Shown: positions 13,573 through 28,067, numbered from the stretch's first letter. The stretch: 64,000 bases of DNA from Octopus vulgaris (GCA_951406725.2 OX597828.1:52948001-53012000), one strand, 5' to 3'. Numbers and translations are program-made. Notes: a model not told the origin generated them from the letters alone.

Positions 13573-13587
13573 GATAGATATATATAC

Positions 13588-13621
<34 letters not shown>

Positions 13622-13743
13622 ATGTATATTTATATTTGTGTATGTGTATATATATATGTATATATGTATATATATATATATGTATATGTATTTATGTATA
13701 TATCTATAATATATATGTATATGTATGTATGTATGTATGTATA

Positions 13744-13788
<45 letters not shown>

Positions 13789-13803
13789 GTATATATATGT
13801 ATA

Positions 13804-13848
<45 letters not shown>

Positions 13849-13859
13849 GTATATATATA

Positions 13860-13935
<76 letters not shown>

Positions 13936-14109
13936 GTATATATATATGTATATATATGTATATATATGTATATATATATGTATATATATGTATATATATG
14001 TATATATATGTATATATATATGTATATATATATGTATATATATATGTATATATATATGATATATATGTATATATATGTATATATATATGTATATATATGT
14101 ATATATATG

Positions 14110-14142
<33 letters not shown>

Positions 14143-14356
14143 GTATATATATGTATATATATATATGTATGTATATATATATGTATATATATATATGTAT
14201 ATATATATGTATGTATATATATATGTATATATATATATATGTATGTATATATATATATGTATATATATATGTATATATATATATGTATATATATATATGT
14301 ATATATATATATGTGTGTGTGTGTGTGTATGTATGTATATATATATATATATATAT
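12740..14356. repeat. Compound (TA)n/(TATG)n low-complexity tracts flanking a deleted family B SINE (13355-13520, minus)
   Basis: Direct reading. Confidence 0.9.
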
Positions 14357-14784
14357 CGAGAACGGAAAAGACGGGTTGAAAAATAAGTGCACACAATAGA
14401 ACCGAATTCTGACTTTCATACTTTTGTGTGTATAGAGAAAACAATACTAGTAATTCATTGGGGGACGGAGGGGTTCTTTCTAATTCAGTCACTAATGTGA
14501 ACCCCCTTAACCTCTTGTATCGCAACAAGTGATTTGAGTGAAACAGAACCCCAATCTGTATGGCGCTAGCTGGAATCCCTTGTTCTCAGTTTCAAAACTG
14601 GCCTTGTCTTCCACCGTTCAAGGGACAATAAATTAATATACCTGTAATATGCTGGGGTGAATGTGCCCCAGTATATAATCCTTTCCGAAATTCTTTTAAA
14701 CCTCTCGCCTTTTTAACCACCGTGTTTTTATTTTCTGTGAGGGGATTCAGTTTGTAATATATTTCATATACGTTACTAATAAAC

Positions 14785-14868
<84 letters not shown>

Positions 14869-15036
14869 ATAGTAGTAGTAGTAGTAGTAGTAGTATTGTT
14901 CCCTGAGATCGACTTCACCTGTCATCCTTTCGGGCTCGATAGATTAAGTACCAGTGAAACTCTGGTGTCGAAGTAATCGACTCTCACCCTCCCCCACAAT
15001 TTCAGCTTTGTGCCTATAGTAGAAAGGATTATTATT

Positions 15037-15255
15037 AAGGCGATGAGCTGCGAGAATTCGTTAGTACGACGGGCTAAATGCTTTGCGGCATTTCGTCTGT
15101 CTTCGTGTTCTGAGTTCAAATTCCGACGTGGTCGATTTTGCCTTCCATCCTTTCGGGGTTGATAAAATAAGTACCAATTACATACTAGGTTGATGTAATC
15201 GACTATTTCCCCCATCACCACTAAATTCCAGGCCTTGTGCTTATAATAAAAAGTA
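15037..15255 (+). mobile_element. SINE family A (tail ii), preceded by a partial copy at ~14900-15030
   Basis: Family A head and core, tail CCCC..AAATTCCAGGCCTTGTGCTTATAAT then (ATT)n. Confidence 0.85.
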
Positions 15256-15265
15256 TTATTATTAC

Positions 15266-15312
<47 letters not shown>

Positions 15313-15402
15313 TGTGACGACAGAACCACACACTGATACAAATATTATATACATATGTGTATGTATACACACACACACATATATACACACACACACACAT
15401 AC

Positions 15403-15474
<72 letters not shown>

Positions 15475-15559
15475 CTAATCCAAATAAGAAAGCACAAAAA
15501 ACACAACGCGAAGACGTGGAACAAACATAGTATTATTGGACGCTAAGGAAAGAAGGAGG

Positions 15560-15594
15560 GTTTAAAGTTTCGAGCGGAGCTCTTCGTCGGAAAC
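15560..15594 (-). ncRNA. Minimal hammerhead-like motif within insert 15471-15665
   Basis: Minus strand GTTT-CCGACGA-A-GAGC-TCC-GCTC-GAAACTT-T-AAAC; stems I and II perfect, U4C core change, stem III mismatched. Confidence 0.55.
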
Positions 15595-15692
15595 ATAGGA
15601 GAAGGAAAGATCCAGAGAAGGGAAGACAGAGGGAAAAAATCACCAAAGGTACACACGCGGTCACATACACACACACACACACACAGGCATGT

Positions 15693-16000
15693 GGAGGCGC
15701 AATGGCCCAGTGGTCAGGGCAGCGGACTCGCGGTCGTAGTATCGCGGTTTCGAATTCCAGATGTTGTGAGTGTTTATTGAGCGAAAACACCTAAAGCTCC
15801 ACGAGGCTCCTGCAGGGGGTGGGTGGCGATCCCTGCTGTTATTTTTTCGCCACAACTTTCTCTCACTCTTTCTTGTGTTGGCCTACTCGCTTAGCCACCG
15901 GCGTGGCGTCATTTGAGGGCTAAAACAATGCGAGGCGCATTGTGACCAGCGATGTGTAGCAACATCTGATAGCCTGGTCAGTCACAGTGATCACGGTGAT
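15693..16000 (+). mobile_element. tRNA-derived SINE, third family (single copy here)
   Basis: tRNA-like head with TGGCCCAGTGGT A-box and GGTTTCGAATTCC B-box, GC-rich body, short tandem tail TCACAGTGA-TCACGGTGA. Confidence 0.75.
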
Positions 16001-16142
16001 ATATACACACACACACGTCATACTTAATAATAATAATATTAAAAACAATAATAGTAATAATAATAATAAAAATAACAATGATAGTAATAATAATAATTAT
16101 ACCCCAGTGTTACTTTGATGGCATGCACTGCTCTCTCACTCC

Positions 16143-16182
<40 letters not shown>

Positions 16183-16226
16183 TGCAAACGTTTAAAATTT
16201 ATCTCTACAACGCTGAATAGCTATGA

Positions 16227-16265
<39 letters not shown>

Positions 16266-16532
16266 TTCATGTCCCCTTTCACTGCCCTTTGTAATAAGTA
16301 CCTAGGTGGACTTAGCATTTCGCCGTAATACGTTCACTAAGTGGTTGTGGTACCAGTACCCAGTTTGATCTCATGGGGTCATTAAAATCTATCCCATTGA
16401 GAATGACTTATATTTTTCCATCTTATATATTTCTACAAAATACCAGTCAAACACTTGGGGTCATATACTATAATACCTGCATATTTAAACGTGTATTGTT
16501 TTGCGTTTAATAATAACAATAGTTTTAAATTT

Positions 16533-16715
16533 TTGGCACAAGGCCAGCACTTTCGGAGGAGTGGGTGAATCGATGACATCTACCTCAGTGTTCAGTTGGT
16601 TCTTAATTCATCCACCCCGAAAGGATGAAAGGCAATGTCGACCTCGGCAGAATTTGAACTCAGAACGTAGTCGGAAGAAATGCCGCTATGTGAACCATTC
16701 TACCACTTCGCCGCC

Positions 16716-16764
<49 letters not shown>

Positions 16765-17470
16765 TAATCCTTTCTACATAAAGCAGTAGGCCTGAAATTT
16801 AGGGGATGGGGACAAATCGATTACATTGACCCCAGTGTTTCACTGGTACTTAAATTACCGACCCCAAAATGATGATGGGCAAAGTCGTCTTCGGAGGAAT
16901 TTGAACTCAGAACGTAAGGACGAACGAAATGCCAATAAGTATTTTGGCAAGCTTGCTAAAAAATAAGTGCTTAGCGGCATTTCGCTCTTCCTTACGTTCT
17001 GAGTTCAAATTCCGTCGAAGTCGATTTTGCATTTCATCCTTTCGGGGTCGATAAATAAAGTACCAGTTATGCACTGGGGTCGATGTAATCGACTTAATCC
17101 CTTTGTCTGTCCTTGTTTGTCCGCTCTATGTTTATCCCCTTGTGGGCAATAATGAAATATGTTTATTATTGTTATTTTATCTTTCATTCTCGAGGGAACC
17201 AATGAAATAAAGTACCAGTTATATACTAGGGTTACTTTTGTCTAACCTCCAGCACTTCTCAAAAAATTTGTGACAGAATTGTTAGCATGCCGGTTAAAAT
17301 GCTTAGAGGCATTTCGTCTGTCTATACGTTGTGAGTTCAAATTGTGCCGAAGCCGACTTTACATTTCATACTTCCGGGGTCGCTAAAATGAGTGCCATTT
17401 GTGCACTGGGGTCGATATAATCGACTTACACATACCCTCGAAATTGCTGGCCTTGTGCTAAAATTTGAAA
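16533..17470. mobile_element. Cluster of four family A SINE copies: 16533-16717 and 16770-16950 minus; 16965-17158 and 17270-17470 plus
   Basis: Family A core in both orientations. Confidence 0.85.
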
Positions 17471-18141
17471 CCCATTTTTTTAAAATTTGCGTTCCTTTTT
17501 ACTTTTTCTTCCTTTTCTTCTTCATCATTTCTAAACCTCATCTCCCTACTCCTTGCTCTCTGTCTCTCTGTCTCTCTCTCTCTCTTTCCCACGTCCCGCC
17601 TTTAATCCTCCCACTTTCGTTTTCCTTTCTTAGCGGTATAACAAACCCCCACCCACCCTTTTTTCTTAGCACACACACGCAAATGCACGCACGCACCACA
17701 TAGGAACTAAACTACGAGACTTAGCTGCTAGAAACAACAACCAAATCACTTCATCCAACATCTATAAAAACAAAAAACAAAGCTACACAGACTTAAATGT
17801 AAAACGCCGGACACATTGATTGAAAAATACGAAATGGTCACGGTTGGTAATGAGTAGTCTCTGTCAGAAGATGACCCAGGGGACGCAACAGCAGCAGTTA
17901 CTACTGTTACTACTACTACTACTATAAGAACACCTCATGCACCACTCTCTTCAGTTTCTGTGTTATTGTGGCTGCTGATAGTAAAGCCTCTCCCACCTCT
18001 ACTCTCACTTATTCCTCCTACTCCCTATAGGCGCTCCTCTTTTGTTTGGCTCTTCTTGCACATCAGCCACTCCTACTACTTTTCGCTTGGCTCACCTCCC
18101 CCTCCTTCTCTATTTAGGTTTCACTCTCCACCACGTTTACT

Positions 18142-18144
<3 letters not shown>

Positions 18145-18184
<40 letters not shown>

Positions 18185-18311
18185 GATCTATCTATCTATC
18201 TATCGATCTATCTATCTATCTATCTATCGATCTATCTGTCTGTTTATTTATCCGTGTATCTATCCTTCCGTCTCTCTATCTGTCTATCGACTCGTTTATT
18301 TATCAGTCTCC

Positions 18312-18366
<55 letters not shown>

Positions 18367-18367
18367 C

Positions 18368-18436
<69 letters not shown>

Positions 18437-18495
18437 ATACTATCTATCATACAATCTATCCATCTATCTACCTATCTATCTATCTACCTATCTAC

Positions 18496-18536
<41 letters not shown>

Positions 18537-18545
18537 AATCTATCT
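18145..18545. repeat. (TC)n then (TATC)n microsatellite
   Basis: Direct reading. Confidence 0.95.
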
Positions 18546-18750
18546 AAAACAAACATGGAAACACACTAACACACACACATATATTATTTCATTCATTTAA
18601 CTGCGGCCATGCTGGGGCACCGCTTTGCAGGGTCTCAGTCGAACTTATTTTTATTAAGCCTAGTACTTATTAAAATAAGTACTAGGCTCTCTTTTGACGA
18701 ACCGCTAACTTACAGCTTGTATACGTGAATATATATATATATATTGGTCT

Positions 18751-18802
<52 letters not shown>

Positions 18803-18885
18803 TATAGCCATATCCGACGGAGTGCCACACATTTTGCATCTATAAATCCGCTTAAGTTTGCCGGAGGTTATAGCATTAGACGCAC

Positions 18886-18889
<4 letters not shown>

Positions 18890-18971
<82 letters not shown>

Positions 18972-18978
18972 ATGTATG

Positions 18979-19015
<37 letters not shown>

Positions 19016-19349
19016 CGTATATACGTATATATATATATATATATGTATATACGTATATATATATATATATACGTATATATATATATATATATGTATATAC
19101 GTATATATGTATATGTATATACGTATATATATATATGTATATACGTATATATATATATATATATATGTATATACGTATATATATATATGTATATACGTAT
19201 ATATATATATATGTATATACGTATATATATATATATGTATATACGTATATATATATATATGTATATACGTATATATATATATATGTATATACGTATATAT
19301 ATATATATATGTATATACGTATATGTATATATATATATGTATATACGTA

Positions 19350-19394
<45 letters not shown>

Positions 19395-19431
19395 GTATAT
19401 ATATATATATACGTATATGTATATATATACG

Positions 19432-19474
<43 letters not shown>

Positions 19475-19483
19475 GTATATACG

Positions 19484-19549
<66 letters not shown>
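18890..19549. repeat. TA-derived minisatellite, ~20 bp unit ATATATATATGTATATACGT, between pure (TA)n tracts
   Basis: Recurrent GTATATACGT spaced by short TA runs. Confidence 0.9.
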
Positions 19550-19553
<4 letters not shown>

Positions 19554-19959
19554 TACACACACATACACTCTACCTGTGCGTTGTATAGCTGCATGCATGG
19601 CATAGCAAATGAGAAATTCGATGTCTCAAAACGGCAGAATATGGATTCGAACTCACTATATGGTTTATAAAATTCAAGTGTTTTCAACATCCTCCATAAT
19701 TTTTTATTGAAGCTGGTGGAGATCTTCTGAATATTTTGTAGGGGTACCTCCTAGGGCTCAAAGGGTTCTTCTCCTACCTTACTGATGCTGATTCAGGGAC
19801 GCGTTAATGGCACACGTTTTGGACAATCGGGGAGCGAAAGCTATAGGAATGTCCATCGTCACACACACACACATACATATACGTTCATATATATATATAT
19901 ATATATATATGTATATGCACATATAAGCAGATATACACGTCATGCATGCACACATACAT

Positions 19960-20204
19960 GTGGATGTAAGCACACCCACATCGATTGTCAAGCGATGGGG
20001 TGGGGGGACACATGAGCATATATATATATATATATATATATATGACGGGCTTCTTTCAGTTTCTGTCTACCAAATCCACTCAAAGGTGAAAGACACTTGA
20101 CAACTATAATAGAAGACATTTGCCCTAGGTGCCACGCAGTGGGACTGAACCCGGAACCATGTGGTTGAGAAGCAAGCTTCTTACCATACAGCCACGCCTG
20201 CGTC
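19960..20204 (-). mobile_element. SINE family B, 5' part
   Basis: Reverse complement of family B head; paralogous to 23565-23825. Confidence 0.85.
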
Positions 20205-20379
20205 TATATACACCTGTATTCGACAGGCTTCTTCCAGTTTCCCTTTACCAAATTCACTCCCTCTTTATGTATATATAGACATACATACATGCACTCGAGT
20301 ACACACACACATATTATATGATATGAGCTTATATGCGTATACATGAATGTATATATACATATATAGATATGTGAGTGAC

Positions 20380-20440
<61 letters not shown>

Positions 20441-22253
20441 GTATACACACTGGTACTTTAGAAGGTATTATAGGATTGACGTTCGGAGCCATATGTTTGA
20501 CGTACTCTATTCATGTAATATTTCTGTACTCTCTTAGAACCCTGCTGAGTGGCGCCGAAATGAATTGTAAAATTTATAATATGAAACTGTTTCTTAAATG
20601 TAATTCTTTTATACAAACTTCTTCAGCTTTCATTGAATGTCTTGCATTCAAGGATGCAAATATGCATATGTGTGTGTGTGTGATTGTGTGTATATATGTA
20701 TATATATATATATATAGATATATGTATAGGTGTGTATATATATATAGGTATATATATAGATATATATATATATGTATATATATATATGTATATATGTATA
20801 TATAGATATATATGTATATATGTATATATAGATATATATGTATATATGTATATATAGATATATATGTATTTATGTATATATAGATATATATGTATATATA
20901 GATATATATGTATATATGTATATATAGATATATATAGATATAGATATATATGTATATATAGATAGTAACACCCCCACCACCCTGCCTGTCCCTAGCCATA
21001 TTCAGATGGCTTTAGTCCCTTATGTTATGTATATATGTATATATAGATATATGTATATATATAGATATATATATATAGATATATGTATATATATATATAT
21101 AGATATATATATATATATATATATATAGATATATATATATATATAGATATATGTATATATATAGATATGTATATATAGATATATATATATACGTATATAT
21201 ATATATATAGATATATATATATATATATAGATATAAGTATATATATACACGTATATATAGATATTGTATATTTATGTATATATGGATATATGTATATTTA
21301 TGTATATATGGATATATGTATATTTATGTATATATGGATATATGTATATGTATATATGTATGTATATATATATATGTATATATGTATGTATATATATATA
21401 TGTATATATGTATGTATATGTATGTATATATATGTATATATGTATGTATATATATATGTATATATGTATGTATATGTATATATGTATGTATATATATGTA
21501 TATATGCACATATATATATATGTATATATGCACATATATATATATGTATATATGCACATATATTTATATGTATATATGCACATATATTTATATGTATATA
21601 TGCACATATATTTATATGTATATATGCATATATATATATATTTGTATATATGTATATGTATACATGTATATATGTATAAGTATATATATATGTATGTATG
21701 CGTGTGAGTGTATTTGTCTGTATGCATGTATACGTGTATACATATATATATGTACATATCTATATATGCTTATATATGTGTGTATGTATATATATATATA
21801 TATATAGATAGATGATGCAATGTGTGTGCGTGTTTATATGTATCCCTGTCTGTATGGACACACACACACACACACAAATATATGTGCAAAGAAATTCGTA
21901 TATGCGTATAAATATTTACTATTAAAAAGCCTATTTTAAAAAAAACTACAATTCAAACTTCATCAAAAGATACAAAAATATAAATTATACGCGCGACAAT
22001 AACATACGCACGCACGCACACACAAACATTTATGCATACACAGAAACACACGCACACACGCATACACACACGCGCACATACGCATACACACACGCGCATA
22101 TCTATATTTTTCTGAGTGTGTGCTATGTGTATTTGTACATGTGTGTATGTGAGTGTATGTGAGTGTGAAGCTATGCAAATGAGTGGTATCCTACGAATTT
22201 CACATACCTAATGAGTATACAATCCCCTCTTTGACGATATTTCTATTTCACAA

Positions 22254-22325
<72 letters not shown>

Positions 22326-22366
22326 ATATATATATAATATATTATATATATATATATATATAATAT

Positions 22367-22453
<87 letters not shown>

Positions 22454-22549
22454 GTGTGTGTGTTCTGAGTATGTGAATTTATGTAAGCATGCGTGTATTT
22501 ATGAAAAGCTGAAAATATACACATGTAATTATAATTATTTGACAGTATA

Positions 22550-22729
22550 TAGGCGGAGGAGTGGCTGTGAGGTAAGTATCTTGCTTACGAAACACATTGT
22601 GCCGGGTTCAGTCCCACTGCGTGTGGCACCTTGGGTAAGTGTCTTCTACTATAGCCTCGGCCCGACCAAAGCCTTGTGAGTGGATTTGGTAGACAGAAAC
22701 TGAAAGAAGCTCGTCATATATATGTATAA

Positions 22730-22767
<38 letters not shown>

Positions 22768-22974
22768 TTGTGTGTCTGTGTTTGTCCCACAACAACGCTT
22801 GACAACCAATGCTGGTGTGTTTATGTCCCCGTAACTTAGCGGTTCGGCAAATACACCGATAGAATAAATACTAGGCTTACAAAGAATATTTCCTGGGGTC
22901 GATTTGCTCGATGAATGGCGGTACTCCAGCATGGCCACATTCAAATGACTGAAACAAGTAAAAAAATAAAAGAG
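22550..22974 (+). mobile_element. Full-length SINE family B
   Basis: Head, GGCACCTTGGGTAAGT segment, internal microsatellite, GACTGAAACAAGTAAAA tail. Confidence 0.92.
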
Positions 22975-23220
22975 TTTATATATGAAGTGTTTGCGGAGAT
23001 TTACACATACACACACACACATATATGATGTAGCTATGTACATATGAATATATAGTTATATGTATGCACGCATACGGGTATGTAAGATGCATGCAATCTG
23101 CTGTTTGTAGTTGTCGAGCAGCTCAATTACGAGACATAAACGAAATTAGAATAAATATATTTATAAAAAGAAATTTAAAACCTTCGGTTACCTTTATGTG
23201 ATATATATACACATGTATAC

Positions 23221-23275
<55 letters not shown>

Positions 23276-23341
23276 TACACACATCTGCATATCTCTAGCA
23301 TATATATATAACCGTATTTATGCATTTGTATACACATACAG

Positions 23342-23390
<49 letters not shown>

Positions 23391-23419
23391 CATTTATATA
23401 TATATATATATACACACAT

Positions 23420-23637
23420 ATTTCTTTTGTCTTTTACTTGTCAGTCATTTGACTGCGGCCATGCTGGAGCACCGCCTTTAGTCAAACAAATCGACTCTAG
23501 GACTTATTCTTTGTAAGCCCACTAATTATTCCATCGATCGCTTTTGCCGAACCGCTAAGTTAAGTGGATGTAAGCACACCGACATCGATTGTCAAGCGAT
23601 GTGGGGTGGGGTGGGGGAGAAATACAGATACACGAGC

Positions 23638-23668
<31 letters not shown>

Positions 23669-23825
23669 GCGGCTTTCATTTTCTGTCTACCAAATCCACT
23701 CAAAGGCGGAAGACACTTGCCAGCTATAGTATAAGACACTTGCCCAAGGTGCAACGCAAATGGGACCGAACCCGGAACCATGTGGTTGGGAAGCAAGCTT
23801 CTTACCACACAGCCACGCCTGCGTC
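23420..23825 (-). mobile_element. Full-length SINE family B, inverted relative to 22550-22974
   Basis: Reverse complement of family B. Confidence 0.9.
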
Positions 23826-23882
23826 TATATACACATCTATACGACGGGCTTCTTCTAGTTTCCCTCTACCAAATCCACTTCC

Positions 23883-23937
<55 letters not shown>

Positions 23938-23989
23938 CATACATACATGCACACGAACTCACCCACATATGTATATTAGCTTATATGCG

Positions 23990-24022
<33 letters not shown>

Positions 24023-24111
24023 ACATGTACTCTCACACACATACATATAAACAAGGATATATATATATATGTATATTACAGCGTGTGTGTATAACATATA
24101 TATATATATAA

Positions 24112-24161
<50 letters not shown>

Positions 24162-24220
24162 ACATGCACACATAGATATAAACATAGATATATATATAGT
24201 ATATTTCTGTATAAATATAT

Positions 24221-24263
<43 letters not shown>

Positions 24264-24344
24264 GGTCCCGGGTTGAGTCGGGGTTAACCACAGTAAATAA
24301 GGTACTCAATACATAGCAGAGTAAATTAATTTATTTTATAGAAG

Positions 24345-24397
24345 GAGCTTCTACAGGACTAGAACTGTTTCATTCAAAAGAAATCATCAGGAAGCTC
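24345..24397 (-). ncRNA. Type I hammerhead ribozyme motif within ~200 bp element 24261-24465
   Basis: Minus strand GAGCTTC-CTGATGA-TTTCTTTTGAAT-GAA-ACAG-TTCTAGTC-CTGT-A-GAAGCTC: 7-bp stem I, canonical core, 4-bp stem III, GUA cleavage triplet; stem II is 3 bp with a U-U mismatch at its base. Confidence 0.75.
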
Positions 24398-24488
24398 ATC
24401 AGCTTCCTGATGATTTCTTTTGAATGAAACAGTTCTAGAACTCCTTCTATAAAATAAAATTAAAATATATTTATAAATATAAAAATTA

Positions 24489-24540
<52 letters not shown>

Positions 24541-24820
24541 CTCTTATGTATTTATGTATGTGTATACGCATATACATTCATGTGTGTGTGTGCGCGCGCA
24601 TGTGTTTGTATATTAATAATCTGCAGAACAGAGGCTGAAGAGTGATCCAAGGTCCGAGATGGGCTTTTTTCAGATTCTGTTTACCAAAGAGGTCCGATAC
24701 CTTTTTGCATAGGCACTTATCAACGAATGAATTTTGTGCCGATTATCAATAGTATATGTGTGTGTGTAGACACACACACACACATGCAGATGCACCTCTC
24801 TGTATAAAATGTCTATCTGT

Positions 24821-24880
<60 letters not shown>

Positions 24881-25072
24881 TATTCATACGCACACTCATA
24901 CATACTCAGACACTCACAAGCACACAACTTAAATACATACGCACATATGTAAGTTAGCCGTAAAAGATTTGAGAATTTGAAACTCAAAAACCTAACAATA
25001 CAAGTTTTTGGAGACAAGACTTCATGCACTCACCTCTACACTCTTCCATGCACACACACACAGACACACACA

Positions 25073-25108
<36 letters not shown>

Positions 25109-25135
25109 TACTACACACATACGGTCTTGTAGTAG

Positions 25136-25369
25136 AAGGCGGAGAGCTGGCAGAAACGTTAGCACGCCGGGCGAAATGCGTAGCCGTATTTCGTCTGGCG
25201 TTACGTTCTGGGTTCAAATTCCGCCGAGGTCGACTTTGCCTTTCATCCTTTCGGGGTCGATAAATTAAGTACCAGTTACGCACTGGGGGTCGATGTAATC
25301 GGCTTAATCCGTTTGTCTGTCCTTGTTTGTCCCTTCTGTGTTTAGCCCCTTGTGGGTAGTAAAGAAATA
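25136..25369 (+). mobile_element. SINE family A (tail i) with 13-bp TSD
   Basis: GGTCTTGTAGTAG at 25123-25135 and 25370-25382. Confidence 0.92.
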
Positions 25370-25375
25370 GGTCTT

Positions 25376-25444
<69 letters not shown>

Positions 25445-25849
25445 ATAGTAGTAGTAGTAGTAGTAGTTGTTGTTAGCGCGTTTTATATACCTAAATCGTG
25501 CTCATGGTCTTCTTTCCGTTTGTCGTTGTTGTTGTTGTTGATGAGTGCGACGGTGCTTTAATTGTTTTTAATTGTATTTTATTCTGTATATTATGAAATG
25601 CATCTTTTGCTTTATGGTGCTTTTTTTTGTCTGTTTGTTTTTTTTTGTGGTTTTTGCTGTCGTTGTTGGAAGATGCGTACATTTTGCGTGTGTCAGGGCT
25701 TGTTTTTTTTTTTTTTTGCTTGTATATTTTTGAATGAACTATTTCGTGTTCATGTGTGCGCATGTGTGTGTATGTGTGTGTGTGTGTGCACAAATATTAA
25801 CTTTGTTTCCAACATACTCATGTATACATGAATACACATACCTATATAT

Positions 25850-25918
<69 letters not shown>

Positions 25919-26028
25919 TACAGACACACGCAAATACACACATGCATACACACGCACATACACACACACGCATATACACATACGCCGCGTGACCGCGCAA
26001 ACATAGACAAGGTGGTATATATATATAT

Positions 26029-26164
<136 letters not shown>

Positions 26165-26299
26165 CTGTATGTTTGTATATATGAAGTTATTTACGTTACG
26201 AAGTCTATAACATCAAGTACCAGTCAGACACGAGGGCGGTTTTAATCGGGTAACTCCACCCTTTCGTGTATCAAGTTCTCTACCCGCCATTCACGCAGT

Positions 26300-26444
26300 T
26301 ATGATGATGATGATGATAATAATAATTATGATAATAATGGTAATAATAATAATAATAATGGTAATAATAATATTAATAATGGTAATAATAATATTAATAA
26401 TAATAATAATAATATTAATAATAATAATGGTACTAATAATGATG

Positions 26445-26483
<39 letters not shown>

Positions 26484-26660
26484 TTAATAATAATAATGGT
26501 ACTAATAATGATGATAATAGTAATAATAATAATAATATTAATAATAATAATGGTAATGATAATAATAATATTAATAATAATAATGGTACTAATAATGATG
26601 ATAATAATAATGGTAATAATAATAATGATAATAATAATGATAATATCAATAATGATTATA
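26300..26660. repeat. (AAT)n-derived compound repeat with higher-order ATGGTACTAATAATGATG units
   Basis: Direct reading. Confidence 0.9.
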
Positions 26661-26931
26661 GTACTTTTTACTATCGGCCCAAGGCCTATTAATAATAATT
26701 ATTATTATTTTAAATGCCGCCGAGGTCGACTTCGCCTTTCATCCTTTAGAGGTCGATAAATTAAGTAGCAGTGATATACTGGGGGTCGATGTAATAGACT
26801 GGTCTCCTCCCACTAAATTTTGGCAGAAAAGTTTATTATTATTAATTCAATTTTTATATTACAATATATTACTGAAAGACAAAGTCAGTTCGTTTGTGGT
26901 TGAGCTTGTATATTTTATGTGTGTTGCGCAC

Positions 26932-26967
<36 letters not shown>

Positions 26968-27597
26968 TTGTTTATGCGTGCCGTGCGCGCGAAGTTATAA
27001 GCACACACCTAATTCACAAGGGGGCACAGTAACCAGTTTAAATGGCAGTGCCCCAGCATGACCGCCACCCGTAGTTGATTACTACGTAGTGATGAATTAA
27101 AAAAAAAACAGTAAGGTATACAGCAGAAGTGCCAAGAGAAACACACACACGTGAGCGCGCATGCATACATACATGCATACATACATACATACACACATAC
27201 ATGCACATACATACATACAATAACCCGTGCCTCTCCTTTATTATTATTATTTCTTCTTTTAGGGGTAATATGACAGAGTCGTCAGACTTGTCGGAAAAAG
27301 GGCCTTGCGTTATTTCTTCCTGGGTTCTACATTGTGGGTGCAATTCCTGTCGAGGTTAACCTTGTTTTATATATTTTAGGGATTGAAAAAATAAAGTAAC
27401 AGTCAAGTACTAGAATCGATGTTATCCCCGAAGCCCCCATTCCCTCGAGCCTAAGGGCTTTGCGTCCTCGTAATGTCCCTCTCAATATGTTCTTGTGGGC
27501 AATAAAAGAATTATTATTATTATTATCATTATTATTATTGTTATTGTTATTATTATTATTATTGTTATTGTTATTGTTATTATTATTATTATTATTA

Positions 27598-27647
<50 letters not shown>

Positions 27648-27649
<2 letters not shown>

Positions 27650-28067
27650 GGCAGCGAGCTGGCAGAATCGTTAGCACGCCGGGGAAAATATTTAGCGACG
27701 TTTCATCCGTCTTTACGTCCTGGGTTCAAATTTCACCGACACTGACTTGCCTTCCATCACTTCAGGGTCGATAAATTAAGTACCAGTTACGCACTGGGGT
27801 TGACGTAATCGACTAGTCCCCACCCCTCTGATTTCAGTTTCAGGCCTTGTGCCTATAATAGAAAAGATTGTTTTTTTTCGAAATGGTCGTGCGTGTATGT
27901 GTTGTTGTTATTATTGTCAGCATTTCGTCTTGTTTTTCCTTCTGAGTTTAAATTCTGCCGAGGTCGACTTTGCCCTTCACCCTTTCAAAGTCGATGAAAT
28001 AAATACCAGTGGCATACTGGGGTCGATGTAACCGAAAATTTTAGGCCTTGTGCCTTTAGTAGAAAGC

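Noticed and set aside
15693-15770. Possible tRNA gene (also the heads of SINE families A and B)
   Set aside because: A and B boxes are present, but there is no complete cloverleaf or terminator and the sequence continues into a SINE body.
19783-19840. Possible minus-strand exon (CCTATAG|...CATCA|GTAAGG)
   Set aside because: Weak pyrimidine tract and no phase-consistent open join with the preferred upstream candidates.
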